A DNA stretch of 64,000 nucleotides from Longimicrobiales bacterium (GTDB lineage Bacteria > Gemmatimonadota > Gemmatimonadetes > Longimicrobiales > Gaopeijiaceae). This document shows positions 29,815-39,545 of the stretch, piece by piece; the stretch's first letter is position 1, and each line of letters opens with the position of its first letter. Under the pieces are notes generated by a model, which made no database searches, was not told the origin of the DNA, and saw only the letters and a list, made by a program, of their open reading frames with translations. Both the position numbers and the translations under genes were made by a program. Location: assembly GCA_965116905.1 (NCBI GenBank), contig OZ220732.1:1536001-1600000 (forward strand). The letters are read 5' to 3'.

Positions 29815-30745
29815 GCATCTGCTCGGCGTCGCTGCCCGGCTGCTCGACCGAAGGCAGCCCTACGCCGTCGCCACCGTCGTGAGGCGCGAGCGCCCCAGCT
29901 CCGCGACGCCCGGCAACACGGCGCTCATCACCGGAGACGGCACCGTGCACGGGTTCATCGGGGGCAGCTGCACCCAGCCCGAAGTCGTGCGCCACGCCCT
30001 CGCCGCGCTCGGGGACCGCAGCCCGCGACTGCTCTCGTTCGGTGGCTCGCCGGGCGACCGCGACGATATGGTGATGGTTCCGATGGCCTGTGGCAGCGAA
30101 GGGAAGGTCGAAGTGCACGTCAATCCTGTGTTTCCCGCGCCGCAGCTGGTTGTGGCAGGAGATTCGCCCATCGCGCGGGCCGTGGCCAGGCTGGGCGAGG
30201 CAATGGGCTACGAGGTCGCCGACGAGCTGGGCGGGCTGGAGCGCCAGGGTGCCGAGCGTGCGCCGGGAGCCCGGCTGTACGCCGTCGTCGCGACGATGGG
30301 GCAGGGCGACGAGGAGGCGGTCGAGCAGCTCATCGCCGCGCGGCCCGACTACCTGGGCGTCGTGGTGTCGCCGAAGCGCATGCTCCAGGTGCGGGAGTAC
30401 CTGAAGGGGCGGGGGATCTGCGGCAGCCGCGTCGCGGAGGTGCATGGACCGGCGGGGCTCGACATCGGGGCCGAGCGACCGGAGGAGGTCGCGGTGAGCA
30501 TCCTGGCGGAAATTGTGGCGCTGGGGGCAGCCGGGGCGCGCGCGGCGGAGGAAGCCGCCGAGACGGAGGCGGCACCCGCAGGCGCACCTGCATCCGCAAC
30601 GGACCCGGTCTGCGGGATGACCGTGGCCGCGGACGGATCGCGGCCCTCCTTCACCTATCAGGACCACACGTACCACTTCTGCTGTCCGGGATGTCGCGCG
30701 CGGTTCGAGGCGGATCCGGCGGCGTTTCTGGCGGCGGCGGGGTAG
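29807..30745 (+). CDS. XdhC/CoxF-type Moco-insertion chaperone with C-terminal YHS domain
   Basis: GFIGGSC, MACGSEG, GPAGLDIGAERPEEVAVSILAEI; tail DPVCGM...YHFCCPGCRARFEADP. Confidence 0.85.
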   Translation: MNRHLLGVAARLLDRRQPYAVATVVRRERPSSATPGNTALITGDGTVHGFIGGSCTQPEVVRHALAALGDRSPRLLSFGGSPGDRDDMVMVPMACGSEGKVEVHVNPVFPAPQLVVAGDSPIARAVARLGEAMGYEVADELGGLERQGAERAPGARLYAVVATMGQGDEEAVEQLIAARPDYLGVVVSPKRMLQVREYLKGRGICGSRVAEVHGPAGLDIGAERPEEVAVSILAEIVALGAAGARAAEEAAETEAAPAGAPASATDPVCGMTVAADGSRPSFTYQDHTYHFCCPGCRARFEADPAAFLAAAG

Positions 30746-30755
30746 CGGCGAGCCG

Positions 30756-31658
30756 ATGAGGCCCGAAATCCGGCGGCTGCAGGCCGATATGCGGGAGTTC
30801 GACTACGTCGCCGAGCCTGCGATCGTCACGGCGGTTCACCTCGCGCGGGCCATGGGGAAGCCGCTGCTCGTGGAGGGGGACGCGGGGGTCGGGAAGACCG
30901 AGATCGCGAAGGTCGTGGCGGGGGTCATGGGGACCGAACTGATTCGGCTGCAGTGCTACGAGGGACTCGACGTCAACACCGCGCTGTATGAGTGGAATTA
31001 CCAGAAGCAGCTGCTGCGGCTGCGGATCGCGGGCGACGCCATGGCCGGATCGGACGGCGGATCGGACCGCCGGCGGCAAGCCTCCGGCGACGACCTCGAG
31101 GATCTCATCTTCGGTCGGGCCTACCTGCTGGAGCGGCCTCTGTTGCGGGCGATTACGCGGGTGGACGGGGCGCCCGTGCTGCTCATCGACGAGATCGACC
31201 GCGCGGACGAGGGGTTCGAGGCCTTTCTGCTGGAGGTGCTGTCGGACTTCCAGGTCACGATTCCCGAGTTGGGCACGATCCGGGCCGCCCACCGGCCGCT
31301 CGTGTTCCTGACCTCGAACCGTACGCGCGAGATCGGGGACGCGCTCCGGCGCCGGTGCCTCTACCTCTACATCGAGCATCCCAGCTTCGAGAAGGAGGTC
31401 GAGATCGTGCGGGCCAAGGTGCCGGGCATCTCGGAGCGCCTGTCGGAGGAGATCACCGGCTTTGTTCAGGCGCTGCGCCAGCGGCAGCTCATGAAGCCGC
31501 CGGGGGTCGCCGAGACGCTGGACTGGGCGCGGGCGCTGATCACGCTGCATCGGGACGGTCTGGACGCCGAAGTCGTCGGCGAGACGCTCGGGTGCCTGAT
31601 CAAGGACCGGCACGACATGCGGGAGCTGGCGCAGGGAGAGGTGGAGGGACTGTGGTAG
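30756..31658 (+). CDS. coxD: MoxR-type AAA+ ATPase (CoxD)
   Basis: [53 protein letters not shown]. Confidence 0.85.
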   Translation: MRPEIRRLQADMREFDYVAEPAIVTAVHLARAMGKPLLVEGDAGVGKTEIAKVVAGVMGTELIRLQCYEGLDVNTALYEWNYQKQLLRLRIAGDAMAGSDGGSDRRRQASGDDLEDLIFGRAYLLERPLLRAITRVDGAPVLLIDEIDRADEGFEAFLLEVLSDFQVTIPELGTIRAAHRPLVFLTSNRTREIGDALRRRCLYLYIEHPSFEKEVEIVRAKVPGISERLSEEITGFVQALRQRQLMKPPGVAETLDWARALITLHRDGLDAEVVGETLGCLIKDRHDMRELAQGEVEGLW

Positions 31659-31704
31659 CCGTTCCCCGTTCGCTCTTGATCCAAGGTCCCGCGCTTCGGT
31701 AGCT

Positions 31705-31762
31705 TCCACGGGTGACTGCTCCACGAGTGACTGCTCCAATTCGACCTTCGACCTTCAACCTT
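31705..31762 (+). repeat. Short direct repeats upstream of frdA (15-mer x2, then 7-mer x3)
   Basis: TCCACG(G/A)GTGACTGC at 31705 and 31720; TTCGACC TTCGACC TTCAACC from 31740. Confidence 0.75.
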
Positions 31763-31806
31763 CCGGCGGCCGGGCCCTCTCCGGCCCGCCCTCCCCGACC
31801 CGACGC

Positions 31807-33606
31807 ATGAGCCACGGCACAACTCACGAGCACGACGTGATCATCATCGGAGGCGGCGGGGCGGGCCTCCGCGCTTCGATCGCGATCGCGCAGGAGAACC
31901 CGTCGTTTTCGGTCGCCTGCGTGTCGAAGGTGTACCCGATGCGTAGCCACACGGTTACGGCCGAGGGAGGCGCGGCGGCGTCGATCAAGCCGAACGACAC
32001 GCTGGAAGACCACATCTACGACACGATCAGCGGCGCCGACTGGCTCGCCGACCAGGACGCGGTGGAGTACTTCGTCAACCGGGCCCCGTCGGAGATGGTC
32101 CAGCTGGAGCACTGGGGCTGTCCCTGGAGCCGGGAGCAGGACGGGTCCGTCGCGGTCCGCCCCTTCGGCGGCATGAAGATCGAGCGCACGTGGTTCGCGG
32201 CCGACAAGACCGGGTTCCACATGCTCCACTCGCTCTTCCAGACCACCCTCAAGTACGGCAACATCGTCCGCTACGACGAGCACTTCGCGACCCGGCTGCT
32301 GATCGACGATGACGGGCGCTGCCGCGGGTGTGCCGCGATCGAGCTGCAGACGGGGCGGGTGAAGACGATTCTGGGCAAGGCGGTGATCATCTGCACCGGC
32401 GGCGCGGGACGCGTCTTCCCCTTCACCACCAACGGCGCGATCAAGACCGGCGACGGCATGTCCATGGCCTATCGGGCGGGCGTCGCGCTGAAGGACATGG
32501 AGTTCATCCAGTACCATCCGACGGGACTCCCGGGCACGGGCATCCTGATCACCGAGGCCTCCCGCGGCGAGGGCGGCATTCTGGTCAACAAGGACGGGTA
32601 CCGGTATCTGCAGGACTACGACCTCGGGCAGCCGCTCGACGTCAGCGACCCCCGGCATCCGCTGAAGCGCGCGATGGAGCTGGGGCCGCGGGACAAGCTC
32701 AGCCAGTGCTTCATCAAGGAGCGATGGGCGGGCAGGACAATAGAGACACGGGACGGACACGTGGTCCACCTCGACCTGCGGCACCTGGGCGAGGCCAAGA
32801 TCGACAAGCGGATCCCGTTCGTCCGCGAGCTCGCGCGCAGCTACGCGGGAATCGACCCCGTGCACCAGCCGATCCCCGTGCGCCCGGTCGTGCACTACGT
32901 GATGGGCGGCATCGACGTCGACTCCAACTCGGCGACGACCATTCCGGGGCTGTACGCGGCGGGCGAGAGCGCCTGCGTCTCGATCAACGGCGCGAACCGG
33001 CTGGGGTCGAATTCGCTCACCGAGCTGCTCGTGTTCGGCGCGCAGGCCGGGAAGCACGCGGCGCGCTTCGCGATGGATCATCCGGACTACAACGTGTCGA
33101 GGCTGGAGGCGCAGGCCGAGGACGAGGGCGCCCGGGTGCGGCGCGCCTTCTTCGATGCGCCGAAGAAGGGCGGGGAGCGGATCGTGACCCTGCGCACCGA
33201 GCTGCACGACGCGATGGAGGACGGCGCCGGCATCTACCGCGACGCCGAGTCGCTCGAGGCCGCGTGCGCGACCGTGGCCGACCTGCGCGAACGCTACGGC
33301 AAGCTCAACATCGACGACCGCACCCACAGCTTCAACACGGAGCTGACGGCGGCGCTGGAGCTCGGGTCCCTGCTCGACTGCGCCGAGGCAATGGCTCATT
33401 CGGGCCTGCAGCGCACCGAATCGCGCGGTTCCCACCAGCGGCTCGACCACACGGAGCGCAACGACGAGGAGTTCCTCGCGCATTCGCTGGCCTTCCACCA
33501 GGCCGACGGCAGCGTTCCGCGGATCGACTACAAGCCCGTGACGATCACCAAGTGGCCGCCCGGCGCGCGTACCTACGGCGCCGGATCGGGACTGAAGCGG
33601 GAATAG
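31807..33606 (+). CDS. frdA: Fumarate reductase flavoprotein subunit
   Basis: [19 protein letters not shown] (covalent FAD His), [47 protein letters not shown]. Confidence 0.92.
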   Translation: MSHGTTHEHDVIIIGGGGAGLRASIAIAQENPSFSVACVSKVYPMRSHTVTAEGGAAASIKPNDTLEDHIYDTISGADWLADQDAVEYFVNRAPSEMVQLEHWGCPWSREQDGSVAVRPFGGMKIERTWFAADKTGFHMLHSLFQTTLKYGNIVRYDEHFATRLLIDDDGRCRGCAAIELQTGRVKTILGKAVIICTGGAGRVFPFTTNGAIKTGDGMSMAYRAGVALKDMEFIQYHPTGLPGTGILITEASRGEGGILVNKDGYRYLQDYDLGQPLDVSDPRHPLKRAMELGPRDKLSQCFIKERWAGRTIETRDGHVVHLDLRHLGEAKIDKRIPFVRELARSYAGIDPVHQPIPVRPVVHYVMGGIDVDSNSATTIPGLYAAGESACVSINGANRLGSNSLTELLVFGAQAGKHAARFAMDHPDYNVSRLEAQAEDEGARVRRAFFDAPKKGGERIVTLRTELHDAMEDGAGIYRDAESLEAACATVADLRERYGKLNIDDRTHSFNTELTAALELGSLLDCAEAMAHSGLQRTESRGSHQRLDHTERNDEEFLAHSLAFHQADGSVPRIDYKPVTITKWPPGARTYGAGSGLKRE

Positions 33607-33610
33607 GACG

Positions 33611-34363
33611 ATGGACGCCAAGGATACCATGACGCTGGAGATCTTCCGGTACCATCCGGAGACCGACTCCGAGCCGCGCTTCCAGTCGTACGAAGTCCCC
33701 TACAACGAGGACTGGGTCGTCCTGGACGCGATCAACTGGATCAAGGACCACATCGACGGCTCGCTGACCCACCGCTGGAGCTGCCGCATGGGTGTGTGCG
33801 GAAGCTGCGGAATGATGGTCAACGGAGAGCCGAAGCTGACGTGCGCCGCGTTCCTGAAGGACTACTACCCGTTCGAGATCAAGGTGGAGCCGCTGGTGAA
33901 CTTCGCCGTGGAGCGGGACCTGGTGGTCGACATGGACGGGTTCATGGACAAGCTGCAGGACGTGAAGCCGTACATCATCCGCGACGACGTGAACGACACG
34001 TCCGAGGGCGAATACCGGCAGTCCCCCGCCCAGCTGGCGCAGTACAAGCAGTACTCGATGTGCATCAACTGCATGCTGTGCTACGCGGCGTGTCCGGTGG
34101 CGGGCCACGAGGACGAGTTCCTGGGCCCGGCCGCGCTCGCGCTCGGCCACCGCTACAACAAGGACTCGCGCGACCAGGGCCAGGCCGAGCGACTCGACGT
34201 GATGCTGGCCGGCGAGGCGATCTGGGGCTGCACCTTCGTCGGCGAGTGCACGGTCGTGTGTCCCAAACACGTCGACCCGGCGGGCGCGATCCAGCAGGCC
34301 AAGGCGATGGCAGCCCAGGAGTACTTCAAGGGCTTCGTGATGCCGAAGGGAACGGGCGGATGA
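33611..34363 (+). CDS. frdB: Fumarate reductase iron-sulfur subunit
   Basis: RWSCRMGVCGSCGMMVNG, CINCMLCYAACP, CTFVGECTVVCPKHVDPA. Confidence 0.92.
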   Translation: MDAKDTMTLEIFRYHPETDSEPRFQSYEVPYNEDWVVLDAINWIKDHIDGSLTHRWSCRMGVCGSCGMMVNGEPKLTCAAFLKDYYPFEIKVEPLVNFAVERDLVVDMDGFMDKLQDVKPYIIRDDVNDTSEGEYRQSPAQLAQYKQYSMCINCMLCYAACPVAGHEDEFLGPAALALGHRYNKDSRDQGQAERLDVMLAGEAIWGCTFVGECTVVCPKHVDPAGAIQQAKAMAAQEYFKGFVMPKGTGG

Positions 34364-34746
34364 GCCGCCAGTACCACCGGTCCCACAGGTGGGCCTGGTT
34401 CTTCGAGCGCCCGGGCTATGTGCGGTTCATGGTGCGCGAGCTCACCAGCTTCTTCGTCGCCGGCTACCTGGTGGTGCTGCTGCTGACGCTCGGCAAGCTG
34501 GGCGGCGGTGAGGCGGCCCTGACGGAGTGGCTTGCGTCGGTGAGCGGCCCGTGGTGGCTGACCGCGCACCTGGTCGCGCTGGCCGCAGCCGTGTGGCACG
34601 CGGTGACCTGGTTCGGCGCCGTCCCGCAGGCGATGCCGATCTACCTGGGCGAGAACCGGCTGCCCGCGCCGGTCGCGGCGATCGTCATGGGATACGGGCC
34701 GTGGCTGACGGTGACCGCCGTGATCGTGTGGTGGGTGCTGCGATGA
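34360..34746 (+). CDS. frdC: Fumarate reductase membrane anchor subunit C
   Basis: ATGA overlap; FMVRELTS and HAVTWF match FrdC; 3 TM. Confidence 0.8.
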   Translation: MSRQYHRSHRWAWFFERPGYVRFMVRELTSFFVAGYLVVLLLTLGKLGGGEAALTEWLASVSGPWWLTAHLVALAAAVWHAVTWFGAVPQAMPIYLGENRLPAPVAAIVMGYGPWLTVTAVIVWWVLR

Positions 34747-35093
34747 AGCGCTCCAGCGAAGCACTCTGGTGGGCGCTCTTCTCGGCCGGCGGCGTGATGG
34801 CGGCGCTCTTCGTGCCGGCGCTCGTGATCGTCACCGGGTTCCTGCTGCCGGCGGGTGACCCCGCGGTGGCCGCCGAACGGACCGCGCAGTTCGCCACCGC
34901 AGTGGGCTGGTGGCCGGTCAAGCTGGCGCTGCTCGGGATCCTGGCGCTGTCGCTGGTCCACTGCGGACACCGGATCCGCCACACGATGATGGACCTGGGG
35001 CTGCGCCGATACTCCGGCCTGCTCAAGGTGCCGTGCTACGGCGGCGCGCTGGCGGGCACGATCTGGGCGGCGATTCTGCTCTGGGGGATTTAG
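34743..35093 (+). CDS. frdD: Fumarate reductase membrane anchor subunit D
   Basis: MKRSSEALWWALFSAGG, HRIRHTMMDL and CYG match FrdD; 3 TM. Confidence 0.85.
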   Translation: MKRSSEALWWALFSAGGVMAALFVPALVIVTGFLLPAGDPAVAAERTAQFATAVGWWPVKLALLGILALSLVHCGHRIRHTMMDLGLRRYSGLLKVPCYGGALAGTIWAAILLWGI

Positions 35094-35156
35094 CGGCCCG
35101 GGAACAAGTAGGCGGGACAGGAATATAAGCCCGCTGATTCCCGCACGGCGCTGACA

Positions 35157-35192
35157 GGGTTTTCCCCCCACCCAATACCGGGTTTTCCCTCT
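35157..35192 (+). promoter_or_regulatory. Tandem GGGTTTTCCC boxes with 23-bp period upstream of the lytic transglycosylase
   Basis: GGGTTTTCCCCCCACCCAATACCGGGTTTTCCCTC; same spacing as the 3425-3459 motif. Confidence 0.45.
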
Positions 35193-35272
35193 ATTTGCGC
35201 CGAAATGCGCTGCCGAAATTGGTGTTGGCAGGCGTGGTTGCCGCCCACCCGAGACGGCTGGAGGGCATTCCC

Positions 35273-36057
35273 ATGGACAAATCGCTGACTCCTTTCTTCC
35301 TCGCCATCACGGCCATGGCCCTCGCCACGGTGGCCGTGACGCGTGGCCGTGCGACGCCTACCCGGTCGAGATCAAGTCACCCCTGGCCAGCGACAGCGTG
35401 GTCGAGGAGGAGGTCACGCGGTGGGTGGACCATTGGTGGACCCGGGGGCAGGGTCCGGTGCAGCGCGGCCTCGAGCGAATGGGCAGATACGAGGCCTACA
35501 TCGACGCCGAATTGGCGGTCCGGGGCCTGCCGCTCTCGCTCCGCTACCTTCCCCTCATCGAGTCCGACTACAACCATCTGGCCGTGTCGCCGGCGGGGGC
35601 GGCCGGGCTCTGGCAGCTGATGCCCGAGACTGCCCGGGGGCTCGGGCTCGAGGTCGACTCGCTCGTGGACCAGCGCTTCGACGTGTACGCGTCCACCCAG
35701 GCCGCGCTGGACTACCTGGCAGCTCTCCATGACAGGTTCCAGTGCTGGTCTCTCGCCCTGGCCGCCTATAACGGAGGGCCGACGCGGATCGAGCGGGCGA
35801 TCCGGTGGCACGGCGGAGCCCGACCCCGCGACGACGCCCTGTTCGGGCATATTCGCGACCGACTGCCCAAGGAGACGCGGGACTTCGTTCCCAGGTTCCT
35901 CGCGAGCATTCGCCTGGCTAACCGCTCTGCCCTCACGGGAACACACCGCGACGAACACTCGAGGTGCCGGGGAACCCGCGGATCATCAAGTGATCAGCGG
36001 TGTAGGACCGGCCTTCAGCTCGATCGTCGAGCTTTGATCGAGCATCCAATCAGATAA
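35273..36057 (+). pseudogene. MltD-like lytic transglycosylase, frameshifted near 35340 (pseudogene or assembly indel)
   Basis: Signal/anchor MDKSLTPFFLAITAMALATVAVT is in one frame; the SLT domain (LPLIES, AAGLWQLMP, LAAYNGG, ETRDFVPR) is in the adjacent frame. Confidence 0.65.
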
Positions 36058-36071
36058 GGAATACAGTTGCT

Positions 36072-37934
36072 ATGAACATCAAATCAATCGCCGGAATACT
36101 GGCGCTCGCGTCCGCGCTTCTGGCCGCTTGCGGCGAGCCCGTGGACCCCCCGGCTCCCGGATCCATCGTCGGGACCGTCAGCATCGAGGGCATGGGCGTT
36201 GCAGGCGTGACCGTGACCCTCGACGGCACAACCTCGATCACGACCGCCGGAGACGGCGCGTTCAGATTCGACAACCTGGAAGAAGGAGACTACACGGTAA
36301 CCATCAGCGGCTTCCCGCCGGAGGCCGAGTTCTCGCAGACGTCCACGGCTACCGTGTTCGTTGCCGCCGGAGCGACGGTTACCATCGACTTCAACGGCTC
36401 GTACATCCGCACGGCCACGATCGTGGGCTCCGTGACCGTCGACGACACGGGCATCAGCGGAGTCTCGGTGACGCTCGGCGGCACGGAGACCAAGTCCACA
36501 CAGACCGACGCCGACGGCAAATACGACTTCTCCGCCCTGCGCGCCGGCGACTACACGATCACGATTTCGGACTTCGACCCGGCGAAGTACACGTTCGACG
36601 AGACGAGCCAGTCCGTGTCGGTCGCGGTCGGCGAATCCGGCAACGTCAGCTTCATGGGCACGCCGACGCGCCTGCCCGGGCAGGTCGACTACCTCGTCCG
36701 TATCGAGAACGTCTCGCCGGCGTACGAGTTCTCTTCGAGCGGACACTTCGCGGTGCCGGTTGGTGCCGCCGGCCCGGGTCCGCTGCTGCCGGGCGGGACC
36801 TACGAGTTCCTTTTCCACGCCGGACCCGGCCTGTACCTCTCGTTCGCCACGATGTTCGTGCAGTCGAACGACCTCTTCTACGCGCCGGACGGACGCGGCA
36901 TCGCGGTCTGGGGCGACGGCGGCCCGGTCACCGGCGACATCACCGACCAGATCATGCTCTGGGACGCGGGCACCGAGATCAACCAGGAGCCGGGCACGGG
37001 AGCCGACCAGCCCATTCGCGGCGGCGGCAACTCCGGCACGGCCGACCCCGACCCCAACGTGCGTCTCGCCACCGACGACTTCGGCAACCTGCCCGAGGTC
37101 GCGGACGTCATCCGGGTCACGCTTCACCGCGAGGGCGCCTCCCCCACGCTGGTGCGGCTCACGATCGAGAACATCAGCACGGCGACGACGCTCAGGACGG
37201 TCGACGGCGGCGCTCACCCAACGCCGCTCGCACCCGGCGTATTCGTCGTTCACGCCGGCCAGAACCCGCTGTTCACCGTCGGCGAGCCCGACCGCGGCGA
37301 GGGCCTGGAGGGCCTGGCCGAAGACGGCACCGTGAGCGCGCTCGCGGCGGCCGTGGAGCAGCGGTCCGGGCTGACCAGCCTGATCGCGCCGGGTGTTTAC
37401 GCCACGCACTCGGGCGGCTCCCTGCTGTTCAGGGCCGGCGAGGCAGCGAGCGCGGGACTGGAAGCGATGGCGGAGGACGGGAACCCGGCGACGCTGGCCG
37501 CCGAGGTCGAGGCGGCGGGCGGATTCCTCGACGCGGGAGCGTTCGCGGTGCCGGTGGGCGCCGACGGCCCCGCGCCGGTGGGTCCCGGCCAGGCCTACGA
37601 GTTCGAGGTGATCGCCACGCCAGGGGACGCCCTGTCGTTCGTCACGATGTTCGTGCAGTCCAACGATCTCTTCTACGCTCCGGCGGCAGAGGGGATCGAC
37701 CTGTTCCCGAACGGCGTCGCGCTCGAAGGCGACATCACGGACCGGATCATGCTCTGGGACGCGGGCACCGAGGTGAACGAGAAGCCCGGACTCGGGGTCT
37801 ACCAGGCCCCGCGGCAGCCCGGACCCGACAGCGGTCCCGACGAGAACGGCCTCGTCAACCTCCTGGATGCGTGCTTCACCTATCCGGATCTGAGCGACGT
37901 GATTCGGGTCACGCTGACGAAGGTGGCGGGGTAG
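36072..37934 (+). CDS. Lipoprotein with two carboxypeptidase-regulatory/Ig-like repeats and two spondin_N-like domains
   Basis: Lipobox LAAC; two 'GSVTV.G.G..GV.VTL.G...T..DG.Y.F..L..GDYT' repeats; two 'LSFxTMFVQSNDLFYAP...WDAGTExN' units. Confidence 0.8.
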   Translation: MNIKSIAGILALASALLAACGEPVDPPAPGSIVGTVSIEGMGVAGVTVTLDGTTSITTAGDGAFRFDNLEEGDYTVTISGFPPEAEFSQTSTATVFVAAGATVTIDFNGSYIRTATIVGSVTVDDTGISGVSVTLGGTETKSTQTDADGKYDFSALRAGDYTITISDFDPAKYTFDETSQSVSVAVGESGNVSFMGTPTRLPGQVDYLVRIENVSPAYEFSSSGHFAVPVGAAGPGPLLPGGTYEFLFHAGPGLYLSFATMFVQSNDLFYAPDGRGIAVWGDGGPVTGDITDQIMLWDAGTEINQEPGTGADQPIRGGGNSGTADPDPNVRLATDDFGNLPEVADVIRVTLHREGASPTLVRLTIENISTATTLRTVDGGAHPTPLAPGVFVVHAGQNPLFTVGEPDRGEGLEGLAEDGTVSALAAAVEQRSGLTSLIAPGVYATHSGGSLLFRAGEAASAGLEAMAEDGNPATLAAEVEAAGGFLDAGAFAVPVGADGPAPVGPGQAYEFEVIATPGDALSFVTMFVQSNDLFYAPAAEGIDLFPNGVALEGDITDRIMLWDAGTEVNEKPGLGVYQAPRQPGPDSGPDENGLVNLLDACFTYPDLSDVIRVTLTKVAG

Positions 37935-37950
37935 GCAGCTACATGTGAAC

Positions 37951-37982
37951 CAGCCCGGCGGCGCGAGTTCGTCGCCGGGCTG
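37951..37982 (+). terminator. GC-rich hairpin downstream of the spondin gene
   Basis: CAGCCCGGCGGCG / CGTCGCCGGGCTG stem with 6-nt loop. Confidence 0.55.
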
Positions 37983-38127
37983 GGTTGCCATGTGTCGCGG
38001 GAGCCGCGTGCGCGACGAACCGCCTATTGTTATTCATGTCATATATATGACGTGATTATTTGACAGATAGCCCCAAATAGGTCAGTATGGGTAGATAATC
38101 GTGTCATAATCAACCCAGATACGTGTC

Positions 38128-39441
38128 ATGCTGCTCACAGACCGCGCAGTTCTGTCGTACGTCGCCAATCACCCGGAGTGCAGCCGGTCCCAGGTTCGCC
38201 GGGATGTCGCACCCGATGCGAGCGCATCCACGGTATGGAGGGCTCTCCGGCGGCTGGTGGACGACGGATTGCTGGAGGTTGTCGGCGAGGGTCGCGGGAC
38301 CCGCTATCGGGTGGCCGGGGGCGAAGCTGTCCTCGCGCACCTTCGTACGCCGTACCAAGAGCGTCCACGGACCGGCTACCACAGCGAGTTTGCAGGGAGC
38401 TACCGGCCAAACGAGTCGCGCTACCTGACCGAAGCTGACCGGGCGGAGCTGAAGAAGGCGGGTACCCCCGTCCTGGAGCCCTACCACGCGTCGATGGGCG
38501 TGACCTATGCTCAGCGCGTCCGCAAACAGCTCGAAGTCGACATGTCGTGGGCCTCGTCCCGTCTGGAGGGCAACAGCTACGACCACCTGGACACCGACTT
38601 CCTGGTGCGGACCGGCAGGACCGCGCGCGGCAAGTCGATCGATGAGACGGTCATGATCCTCAATCACAAGAACGCGACGCGGTACGTGGTGGAGAACCTC
38701 GCCGAGATAGAGATCGGGTGGCCGGATCTGCGCAACATCCACTCGCTCCTGGCCACCCAGCTGACACGGGATCGCAGCCTGGTGGGCAGCCTGCGGCGCA
38801 TGCCGGTCGCGGTCGGCAGATCGTCCTATACGCCCCTGGAGGACCGTTTCGCGCTACGGGAGGAGCTGGACATCGTGCTCTCGAAGGCGGCCCGCATCAG
38901 CGACCCGTTCGAGCAATCCTTCTTCCTGCTCGTCCACGTTCCGTACCTGCAACCGTTCGCCGACGTGAACAAGCGGACGTCGCGGATCGCATCGAACATC
39001 CCCCTTCTGAAGGCCGATCTGGCCCCCATGTCCTTCTTCGCCATCGACGACCGCGACTACATCCACGGCCTGCTGGGCGTGTACGAGCTGAACGACGTTT
39101 CGCTCCTGCGCGAGGCGTTCGTCAACGGCTACATCGAGACGGCACGGCGCTACCGCTACCTGCGACCGGAGGCCATCACGATCGACAGGGTCGAGGTGGT
39201 ATACCGCCGCTTCACGAACCGGGCCGTCCGTCGTTGCATCCTGAGGTGGCGGGGATTCGAGCCCAGGCGGGTGTGGCGGATGATCGAGGACGCCGACATC
39301 CCGCTCGCGGATCAGCAGGAGGTGTTCGATTTCGTCGAAAGCTCGTTCCGCACGCTCCACCCGGGTATCGCGGTGCTGTACGGGGTGGAGCCGGAAGCGC
39401 TGGAGGGGCTGGAGCTGGGCGCCACGCTGACCGACCGATGA
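38128..39441 (+). CDS. Fic family protein with N-terminal winged HTH
   Basis: N-terminal HTH (STVWRALRRLVDDGLL..GEGRGTRY); SSRLEGN; Fic-like motif QPFADVNKRTSR; TTGACA in an A/T-rich leader at 38060. Confidence 0.85.
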   Translation: MLLTDRAVLSYVANHPECSRSQVRRDVAPDASASTVWRALRRLVDDGLLEVVGEGRGTRYRVAGGEAVLAHLRTPYQERPRTGYHSEFAGSYRPNESRYLTEADRAELKKAGTPVLEPYHASMGVTYAQRVRKQLEVDMSWASSRLEGNSYDHLDTDFLVRTGRTARGKSIDETVMILNHKNATRYVVENLAEIEIGWPDLRNIHSLLATQLTRDRSLVGSLRRMPVAVGRSSYTPLEDRFALREELDIVLSKAARISDPFEQSFFLLVHVPYLQPFADVNKRTSRIASNIPLLKADLAPMSFFAIDDRDYIHGLLGVYELNDVSLLREAFVNGYIETARRYRYLRPEAITIDRVEVVYRRFTNRAVRRCILRWRGFEPRRVWRMIEDADIPLADQQEVFDFVESSFRTLHPGIAVLYGVEPEALEGLELGATLTDR

Positions 39442-39489
39442 TCAGCACCTCGTATCCTCCGCTTTCGAAATCGTTCGCACACCCGAAAG

Positions 39490-39545
39490 CGGGGAGGTAT
39501 GATGTGTCCACCATGCAGACGACCGCACCGACCACGTGGGAAGAC
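39490..39545 (+). repeat. 56-bp direct repeat, copy 1 (-10-like box plus first 11 codons of the Uma2 gene)
   Basis: 54/56 identical to 40165-40220. Confidence 0.95.

Noticed and set aside
31676..31689. FNR box upstream of frdA
   Set aside because: Only the TTGAT half-site is present; the ATCAA half is missing
31807..35093. Calling the cluster sdhCDAB
   Set aside because: Gene order A-B-C-D and anchor motifs match E. coli-type FrdC/FrdD; the in vivo direction of catalysis cannot be proven from sequence
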